Positions 57,100 to 64,000 of a stretch of 64,000 nt of DNA are shown piece by piece. This DNA comes from Chlorobiota bacterium (lineage in GTDB: Bacteria; Bacteroidota; Ignavibacteria; Kapaibacteriales; NICIL-2). The notes under the pieces were generated by a model, which saw only the letters and a program-made list of their open reading frames with translations, ran no database searches and was not told the DNA's origin. The DNA lies in contig JAOAEV010000109.1 in assembly GCA_026416585.1 (NCBI GenBank), forward strand, positions 12,261 through 76,260, given 5' to 3'. Within the stretch, counting starts at the first letter, position 1. Every line of letters begins with the position of its first letter. A program made the translations under genes and the position numbers.

Positions 57100-58259
57100 A
57101 AACACTAACCATCCTTGGTTCGACCGGCTCGATTGGACAGCAAACACTGGAAGTCGTTGCCGCATATCATCCAGACATTCGGATTGGTTTTTTGACGACA
57201 AATACCAACGCAGACCTCTTGGCGGAACAAGTCAAACGATTCGAACCATATGGAGTGGCTCTTCAATCAGAGGAAGCATACCATCGCTTCCGTCAGATAT
57301 CGTCATTCGATGGACCAATACTATGCGGTACCGATGGAATTTGCCAAGCAGCAACGTGGGCACCGTGCGACATTGTCGTGTCAGCCCTCGTCGGTTTCGC
57401 TGGTGTCGCCCCGACACTTGCTGCGATTGAATGTGGGAAAACTATCTCTCTGGCAAATAAAGAAGTTCTTGTTGTCGCAGGCAAGCTCATTACGCAGCAA
57501 GCACGGCAGCGAAATGTCCCGATTATCGCCATCGACAGTGAACACAGTGCTGTTTTGCAGTGCATCGTTGGTGAATCGCTGGATTCAGTCGAGCGTATCA
57601 TCCTAACTGCCAGCGGTGGACCGTTTCGCACCCTCCCTGCTGCACAACTGGCATCAATCACAGCAGAACAAGCTCTTCGCCATCCGATTTGGAGCATGGG
57701 AGCAAAAATTACGATTGATTCTGCCACGTTGATGAACAAAGGTCTTGAGATTATTGAGGCACACTGGCTCTTCGGTATTGCTCCCGATCGAATCTCAGTG
57801 ATTGTTCATCCGCAGAGCATTGTGCATTCGCTCGTCGAGTTCACTGACGGTTCTGTCAAAGCTCAGCTCGGTATCCCCGATATGCGGGTGCCAATACACT
57901 ATGCGTTGACTTATCCTAACCGGCGACCGACATCGTTACCCCGTATCGAGTGGAGTACTCTGCGCACTCTGGAATTCGAACAGCCAGATACAGAGCGTTT
58001 CCCCTGCCTACGTTTAGCAATCGAGGCACTCATAGCAGGAGGAACTACAACTACTGTCCTCAATGCTGCAAATGAAGTCGCAGTGGCGGCGTTCCTGGAG
58101 CATCGCATTGGATTTACTGATATTCCCCGTGTTATCGAACAGACGCTCGATGCAATTCCGAACGAAGAACAGACGTCTTTGGAAGCACTCACGCACGTGG
58201 ATGCATTTGCTCGTGAGCGTGCGAGTGCTTTTGTTTCATACATCACGCAGCAGAGATAA
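57096..58259 (+). CDS. dxr: 1-deoxy-D-xylulose 5-phosphate reductoisomerase
   Basis: ILGSTGSIGQQTLEVV is the NADPH-binding motif, with LANKE and the Dxr C-terminal domain. Confidence 0.9.
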   Translation: MKTLTILGSTGSIGQQTLEVVAAYHPDIRIGFLTTNTNADLLAEQVKRFEPYGVALQSEEAYHRFRQISSFDGPILCGTDGICQAATWAPCDIVVSALVGFAGVAPTLAAIECGKTISLANKEVLVVAGKLITQQARQRNVPIIAIDSEHSAVLQCIVGESLDSVERIILTASGGPFRTLPAAQLASITAEQALRHPIWSMGAKITIDSATLMNKGLEIIEAHWLFGIAPDRISVIVHPQSIVHSLVEFTDGSVKAQLGIPDMRVPIHYALTYPNRRPTSLPRIEWSTLRTLEFEQPDTERFPCLRLAIEALIAGGTTTTVLNAANEVAVAAFLEHRIGFTDIPRVIEQTLDAIPNEEQTSLEALTHVDAFARERASAFVSYITQQR

Positions 58260-59629
58260 TGGAAACCCTACAAATAATCGGCTACTTTATTCTGGCGATA
58301 GTGCCCTTGATTGTGGTTCATGAATTGGGTCATTTTCTTGCTGCAAAGCTTACAAAGACCCGTGCCGAAATTTTCAGCATCGGAATGGGTCCGCGTCTGT
58401 TCGGGTGGAATAAGCAGGATGGCTTTCAGTGGGGACCATTGCCGCCGTCGTCACACTCGGAAGGATACACTGACTATCGCCTGTCACTTCTTCCAATCGG
58501 AGGATACGTCAAAATCTCCGGGATGATTGATGAGAGTTTTGACCCCAACGCAACTAAGGTGGAACAGCCTCGGCCGTGGGAGTTCCGTGCCCAAAAAACG
58601 TGGGAAAAAATCCTGATTGTGCTTGGTGGGATTATCATGAACATACTTTTCGCATGGGCTATTCTTCTTAGCGTCAATCTGGCTAATGGGAAGACTGAAC
58701 TTGCCACGCGGACTATTGCGTATGTGGTGCACGGTTCTCCCGCGCAAGAATTTGGGTTTCGTTCGGGCGATGAAATTCTTCGTGTCAGTGACCGAGACAT
58801 TACATCATTTTCGGAATTTGTCCAGCGCATCGCGCGCGTAGCATACCGCAGTGATGTTTCCGTCGTGATTCGGCGGAACGGACGAGATACAACCCTGTTG
58901 TTGGCAGCCAGGCAGGTACGCCATGCAATTGCGTCACGCCCCGACCTCGGAATGGTTCCGGACGGAGTGCGTCCGGTATTGATTGGAGTTGAGACGCTTC
59001 GTCCGGCGGGGAAAGCTGGGCTCCTACCAGGTGACACTGTCTTATCAGTTGCCGGCACGCCAGTTGCGTCTGTAGAGCAGCTCATCGAGGTGCTTCAGAC
59101 GCGAAAATCTGTCCCCTCGACAGTTGACATCAAGCGCCACGACGGTGTACACCGTATCACCGTTACACCAGATGAGGACGGTAAGATTGGCGTCCAAGTC
59201 ACCAACACGGTTACTGGCAACGTAGTGCGAACACGCTACACTGTATTGGAAGCAGCAGAAGCTGCGGGAGAACAGGTATGGTCCTACACCACACTCCTTA
59301 CGCGTTCTATTGGATTGCTCATCACAGGCGAGCAGTCACTGAAGCAATCGGCCGGCGGTCCTATCATGATTGCACAAATGGCTACCCAAACTGCCGACGT
59401 TGGAGCGACTGCATTTCTAAGCTTCATGGCAATGCTCTCGGTTACGTTAGCAGTCATGAATGCGCTTCCAATTCCTGCACTCGACGGTGGTCATTTAGTG
59501 CTTGTGCTTATCGAAGGTGTCCTCAGGCGAGAAATATCGGCGAAGGTCAAGCTTGCCTATCAACAAATCGGTGTTGTACTTATTGTAGCGCTCATGGCAG
59601 TGGTGTTCTATAACGATCTAACGCGATAG
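58259..59629 (+). CDS. rseP: RIP metalloprotease RseP (site-2 protease, M50 family)
   Basis: HELGHFLAA (HExxH) sits in TM1. PDZ domains are present, with a C-terminal TM region containing the LDG motif (ALDGGHL). Confidence 0.85.
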   Translation: METLQIIGYFILAIVPLIVVHELGHFLAAKLTKTRAEIFSIGMGPRLFGWNKQDGFQWGPLPPSSHSEGYTDYRLSLLPIGGYVKISGMIDESFDPNATKVEQPRPWEFRAQKTWEKILIVLGGIIMNILFAWAILLSVNLANGKTELATRTIAYVVHGSPAQEFGFRSGDEILRVSDRDITSFSEFVQRIARVAYRSDVSVVIRRNGRDTTLLLAARQVRHAIASRPDLGMVPDGVRPVLIGVETLRPAGKAGLLPGDTVLSVAGTPVASVEQLIEVLQTRKSVPSTVDIKRHDGVHRITVTPDEDGKIGVQVTNTVTGNVVRTRYTVLEAAEAAGEQVWSYTTLLTRSIGLLITGEQSLKQSAGGPIMIAQMATQTADVGATAFLSFMAMLSVTLAVMNALPIPALDGGHLVLVLIEGVLRREISAKVKLAYQQIGVVLIVALMAVVFYNDLTR

Positions 59630-59633
59630 CTGC

Positions 59634-61253
59634 ATGAAACAAAGGAGCCGTTTCGCTCAGCCACAGTACGCGTGGCTGGTTTGTATTACGTTGTTGATCA
59701 CAGGTGCACGTGGCTTTGCGACAGTACATGCCTTGCTCTATACAGGTGCTGTGCACGGAGCCGACAGTAGCCGCTCCCCATATCACCAACTCGCAGACCG
59801 TATCGCGGAATTACTTAGTAATACACAACTACGCACAACGCGCTATGGGTTGTGCGTGTATTCGCTTGATCGGGATACGACCGTATTTGCACGAGGTATC
59901 CACGAACTACTGACACCAGCATCGTTGACAAAGCTGTACTACACTGCCGCAGCATTTGCAACGATGGGACCTGACTATCCTGTGCGCACTGTCGTCGTAA
60001 CAGATGGCAAAATCAATCGTGGCATCATCGACGGTAATGTGTATTTGGTTGGTTACGGAGACTGTTTATTGACCAACACTGATATTGAAGCGTTAGCCGA
60101 TAAGCTCCGCTCTCTCGGTATTCGCCGCATTCGGGGTGCGATTGTTGCCGATGCGACATACTTCGATGCTGTCTCAGATAGGCAAGAGTACAGCGGGGAT
60201 ACTGAGAGGATGGAGAACCTCCCTCCTATTACTGCTCTGGGTATGGACAGGAATACGCTGACCGTCATCATCACACGAGGTAATCGCGGTCGTGTTCGTG
60301 TTCATACGGTTCCACGTAGTAGCAGTATCGTCGTCGATTGGTCGCCACTGCCATTAGTTTCTCCGCGCCAGCAGGAGCGACGTTCATGGCATACCCAGCG
60401 GCACGGTGATCGCATTGTCCTCCGACAAAGACCCAGGAAACGACAAGTACGAACCTCTGCTCAAACAGTTCGGATTAGTTCTACCCTTCGACGCGATGGT
60501 GTGCAAGACATTCATGTATTTGGTATGCCACGAGCGAATTCGAGCACCTCGTTTTCGGTCGTCATGCTTAATCCACCGTTGACAACAGCAGGCGTACTTC
60601 TCCGCTGCCTGGATGCAAGTGGTATCACGGTCGAGGGTGGTGTAACGAGTGGCCAAGCGCCACAGGGGGCTATAGAGCTCCTCTCGTGGGAGCGTCCCTT
60701 ACATGCGTTGGTAGATGTGTGCAATAAAAACAGCGACAACTTTGTTGCCGAGCATATCATGAAGATTGTTGGTTCACACTGCTGTGGCAACAGCGCATGC
60801 AATATCAATGCATACCATACAGTTGTCGGATTACTCGACTCGTTAGGAATTCCCTCGTCGGCGTGCACACTGTACGATGGATCGGGGCTTTCTCGCCGCA
60901 ACAGAGTTACCACCGCATCGTTGATGAAGCTCTTGCAATACTGTGCCCGGCAGTCATGGGGTGATCGATATTTTCAGACACTTGCAATTGCTGGCACCGA
61001 GGGTACACTTTTGCGGCGCATGCGCCGCACAGTAGCAGAGAACAACTTAGCCGCCAAGACTGGTACACACCGTAATGTGAGCGGACTTGCTGGGATTGTC
61101 CGCGCCCAAAGCGGTGAACGATTTCTGTTTGCCGCACTCTGGAATGGTAATAACGTTGGTTTGTATAAGCGCCTTGAAAATCAACTGGGTGAGTTATTAG
61201 CCGGATTCGGCAACTGGCTTGATCCTGCAAGTGATGCATCCCAACGCGAATGA
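59634..61253 (+). CDS. dacB: D-alanyl-D-alanine carboxypeptidase/endopeptidase (PBP4, S13 family)
   Basis: It has a signal peptide, SxxK (ASLTKLY), SDN (NSDNFVAEH) and KTG (KTGTHRNVSGLAG). Confidence 0.8.
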   Translation: MKQRSRFAQPQYAWLVCITLLITGARGFATVHALLYTGAVHGADSSRSPYHQLADRIAELLSNTQLRTTRYGLCVYSLDRDTTVFARGIHELLTPASLTKLYYTAAAFATMGPDYPVRTVVVTDGKINRGIIDGNVYLVGYGDCLLTNTDIEALADKLRSLGIRRIRGAIVADATYFDAVSDRQEYSGDTERMENLPPITALGMDRNTLTVIITRGNRGRVRVHTVPRSSSIVVDWSPLPLVSPRQQERRSWHTQRHGDRIVLRQRPRKRQVRTSAQTVRISSTLRRDGVQDIHVFGMPRANSSTSFSVVMLNPPLTTAGVLLRCLDASGITVEGGVTSGQAPQGAIELLSWERPLHALVDVCNKNSDNFVAEHIMKIVGSHCCGNSACNINAYHTVVGLLDSLGIPSSACTLYDGSGLSRRNRVTTASLMKLLQYCARQSWGDRYFQTLAIAGTEGTLLRRMRRTVAENNLAAKTGTHRNVSGLAGIVRAQSGERFLFAALWNGNNVGLYKRLENQLGELLAGFGNWLDPASDASQRE

Positions 61254-62239
61254 TCAAGTGCTTCGGCCACAATCTCCTTGTGATTGCCGCGCCAGCGAGC
61301 GCCGTACTGCGCGATTACCCGTGCCGCAGCACGTGCTGCAAAATGACCGGACCGCTCACAGTCCCACCCGTGCAATAGTCCAAAGAGGAAGGCACCGGCA
61401 TACATATCACCTGCACCATTGGTGTCGATAACAGTCGTTGGATATGCTGGTATTTGTGCTGTGATCGTGCCCAGTTTTGCGATCGAGCCTTTGGGACCAA
61501 GGGTGAAAACGAGATTCTGAACACGACACTTGAGAATCTCGAACGCTTCCCTTTCATCCTCAACACGGGTAAATGCACGTGCTTCACGGTCATTGCAAAA
61601 AATCAAATCCACATGTTGGATCAAGCTCTCAACGATGTCATAGCATGCTGTGACAACAAATGCATCGGAAAAACTGAGAGCGATATTTACGCCACGCTTT
61701 CGTGCATGATAAATAGCTTCTTCAACTGCTTCTGCCCCATGTGGACTGGTCAATTTGTACCCTTCAACGTAAAGCCACTCTGCATAGTCAAATATTCGCA
61801 GATCGAGCATAGGACGGTCAAATAGATCGCTGGCACCAAGGTACGTTTGCATTGTGCGCTCACCATCCGGAGTAACCATGACGATACATGTTCCAGTGAC
61901 CTCGTGCTCTAAACGTGGAGCAAAAAGCGCTATACCAAAGTCATCGAATTCAGCAGCAAAAAAACTACCGTGCGAATCATTACCCAACGCTGAAATGTAT
62001 CCAGCACTGCCACCAAATTGCGCGAATGCAACGATTGTATTTGCCGCTGAGCCACCGCTGGTGAGTTGTCCTCGATGAGTAGCCAGGAATCGTTCGAGTA
62101 ATTGTTTTTGTGCTGTTTCATCAGCAAGTGTCATTCCACCCTTGCGCAGTCCGGTTGATGCAAGCTCGACGTGCGATACGGAAAATTCAATATCAACGAG
62201 CGCATTCCCGAATCCGATCAATTGGAGGTGCCGTGCCAT
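61181..62239 (-). CDS. PfkB-family carbohydrate/nucleoside kinase (adenosine-kinase/ribokinase-like)
   Basis: The N-terminal GG motif is present, with C-terminal DTNGAGDMYAGAFLFGL (anion hole and catalytic Asp). Its 3' end overlaps dacB convergently. Confidence 0.75.
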   Translation of the reverse strand: MARHLQLIGFGNALVDIEFSVSHVELASTGLRKGGMTLADETAQKQLLERFLATHRGQLTSGGSAANTIVAFAQFGGSAGYISALGNDSHGSFFAAEFDDFGIALFAPRLEHEVTGTCIVMVTPDGERTMQTYLGASDLFDRPMLDLRIFDYAEWLYVEGYKLTSPHGAEAVEEAIYHARKRGVNIALSFSDAFVVTACYDIVESLIQHVDLIFCNDREARAFTRVEDEREAFEILKCRVQNLVFTLGPKGSIAKLGTITAQIPAYPTTVIDTNGAGDMYAGAFLFGLLHGWDCERSGHFAARAAARVIAQYGARWRGNHKEIVAEALDHSRWDASLAGSSQLPNPANNSPS

Positions 62240-62242
62240 TGA

Positions 62243-63247
62243 TCAAGGTTCGATTAGTTGAAGACACAATTCACGAAAAGAGATACCCGCAGCTGCTGCA
62301 GCTTTGGGAACTAAGCTTGTTTCGGTCATGCCTGGGATTGTATTGACTTCCAAGCACCAGGCTTGTCCATCCTCATCGAGGCGAAAATCTGTTCGTGTGA
62401 TACCCCGGCAGCCGAGTACACGATGAGCAGAAAGCGCCAGCATTGAGATGAATTCAGCCAATGCATCATCAAGTTCTGCGGGAACCACATAATCACTCAT
62501 GCCAGTGGTGTACTTGTGTGCATAATCGTAGAAGCCGTTGTACGGAACAATCTCGACAATTGGTAAAGCGGACTCATTTAGGACAGCAACCGTCAGCTCT
62601 CGACCAGGAATGTATGCTTCCACAAGCGCAACATCATCGTATCTCCACGCATCCATCAGGGCGTTCTCGAGATCGTCGAAGTTACCAGTGGTCACAATGT
62701 GCAGACCGACAGTCGAACCACCTCTATTTGGCTTGACAACTAAACCTCGCGAAAATTGTTGGCGAAGATCGTCAAGAAACTCTGTTGTCAACTCAGTACC
62801 GCGCTCGACCGTTACCCATGCCGGTGTTGGAATTCCCGTCGCAGCAAAAAGGAGCTTCGCCCGTGCTTTGTCCATCGCCAAACGGGACGCCGTTGCGTTC
62901 GATCCTGCATACGGAATAGCGCACAGCTCCAGCAAAGTTTGTATGGTTCCGTCTTCACCATAGGGTCCATGAAGCATATTGACCACAAGGTCGCAATGAC
63001 GCAAGGGTAGGCTGGTAACACATTCGATGTATCGTCGTGGATCGAATTGCGCTAACTCTTCAACTGTAGGTGGCGCATTCTGAATGGGTGGCAGTGTATC
63101 AATCAGACCATCACTACCGCATGCCGGATCAATCCGCAGGACGTGGTAACCATGTTCTGAAAGAGCATTGGCAACAGCCCAACCACTTCGGAATGAGACG
63201 TATCGTTCAGGCGATATGCCGCCCATCAATACTGCAATCGTGTTCAT
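62243..63247 (-). CDS. ddl: D-alanine--D-alanine ligase
   Basis: MNTIAVLMGGISPERYVSFRSG matches the Ddl N-terminus and an ATP-grasp domain is present. Length is 334 aa. Confidence 0.85.
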   Translation of the reverse strand: MNTIAVLMGGISPERYVSFRSGWAVANALSEHGYHVLRIDPACGSDGLIDTLPPIQNAPPTVEELAQFDPRRYIECVTSLPLRHCDLVVNMLHGPYGEDGTIQTLLELCAIPYAGSNATASRLAMDKARAKLLFAATGIPTPAWVTVERGTELTTEFLDDLRQQFSRGLVVKPNRGGSTVGLHIVTTGNFDDLENALMDAWRYDDVALVEAYIPGRELTVAVLNESALPIVEIVPYNGFYDYAHKYTTGMSDYVVPAELDDALAEFISMLALSAHRVLGCRGITRTDFRLDEDGQAWCLEVNTIPGMTETSLVPKAAAAAGISFRELCLQLIEP

Positions 63248-63255
63248 GATCTCTG

Positions 63256-63969
63256 CTACATATTTGGTTCGGGTAGTATTCCAGTTGACTTATAGTGGTC
63301 GTATGCACGGCGAAGCCGCTGAACGTCTTCCCATGTGTCGCGCTTAAGCTCTGGGTTGCGTAACAACGCTGCAGGATGATATGTTACCAGCAATCGAGCA
63401 CCATAGAAATCGTACCACTTGCCGCGCAATTCGGCCATCTTAAGCTTACGACTAAGCAGCGCCTCTGCTGCAGTCAATCCCAATGCAACAATAAACGGCG
63501 GCGATATCAAGCTGAGCTGCTTATAGAGATAGGGGCTACATTGCTCAACTTCCGATGGAAGTGGTTTACGATTGTTGGGTGGGCGACACTTGAGAATGTT
63601 ACAGATGTACACATCGTCGCGCGTGAGTTCGATAGCAGCAAGAATTTTTGTCAGCAATTGCCCAGCTCGTCCTACAAATGGTTCTCCCTGAAGGTCTTCA
63701 TCCGCACCCGGTGCCTCACCAATCAGGACGATTTCAGCGGCAGCGTTTCCCGTACCGAATACAAATTTGGTGCGCGTTGCGCCCAACGGGCACTTCGTAC
63801 AGCAATGAATGCGATCGTACAATTCTTCAAGAGTTTTTGAAGAAGCAAAATCACTCTCTTCGGTAAACATACCGATAGACGGATCAATTGCAGGAAGTTG
63901 GAGGTGAAATGCTTGCATTCGATATTCTGATTCGCGCTTTAGCGTCAGTTCTTTCACATCCTCATCCAA
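63256..63969 (-). CDS. Family-4 uracil-DNA glycosylase (Fe-S cluster type)
   Basis: The motifs are GEAPGADED (the GE[AG]PG family-4 motif), CTKCPL and a C-terminal HPAALLRNP. Confidence 0.8.
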   Translation of the reverse strand: MDEDVKELTLKRESEYRMQAFHLQLPAIDPSIGMFTEESDFASSKTLEELYDRIHCCTKCPLGATRTKFVFGTGNAAAEIVLIGEAPGADEDLQGEPFVGRAGQLLTKILAAIELTRDDVYICNILKCRPPNNRKPLPSEVEQCSPYLYKQLSLISPPFIVALGLTAAEALLSRKLKMAELRGKWYDFYGARLLVTYHPAALLRNPELKRDTWEDVQRLRRAYDHYKSTGILPEPNM

Positions 63970-64000
63970 TGCATGAGTACTATCGGGCTGACTCGACGTT

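Overview
This is a dense, mostly core-genome stretch of a bacterial chromosome with moderately high GC. There are about 55 protein-coding genes and almost no intergenic space; many neighbours overlap by 1-4 nt. I found no rRNA, tRNA, CRISPR array or mobile element. One secreted S8 protease ends in a type IX secretion (T9SS) C-terminal sorting domain. Several signal peptides are followed by Gln at the predicted cleavage site, and flagellar stator genes motA and motB are present. Together these suggest a flagellated member of the Bacteroidota / FCB-group lineages (Rhodothermota, Balneolota or Ignavibacteriota-like).

Recognisable genes include recF, gyrB, rpmB, comEC, pgeF, hisS, miaA, surE, pcm, cdaA, phoH, prmA, ppx, tpiA, pgsA, kdsA, rng, dxr, rseP, dacB, ddl, a family-4 uracil-DNA glycosylase (UDG) and a Kgd/OdhA-type 2-oxoglutarate dehydrogenase with a fused E2 domain.

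The observations I think most deserve a second look are:
- a ClpB homolog that stops after its first nucleotide-binding domain (NBD1) and part of the M-domain, with its stop codon directly abutting the convergent gyrB stop;
- a motA-motB operon ending in a receiver-like protein whose HD-GYP catalytic motifs are degenerate;
- a 1040-aa outer-membrane protein that combines a gluzincin-type HExxH...NEGxAE domain, TolB-like PD40 repeats and an Omp85 barrel;
- a three-gene ABC / membrane-fusion / TolC exporter (type I secretion-like, no C39 domain) beside a double-OmpA-domain porin, with no obvious cargo gene;
- an M28-fold lipoprotein that could be the glutaminyl cyclase implied by the Gln(+1) signal peptides.

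Coordinates are taken from the supplied ORF track and trimmed to plausible start codons where noted. Every functional call rests on motif recognition by eye, not on database searches.
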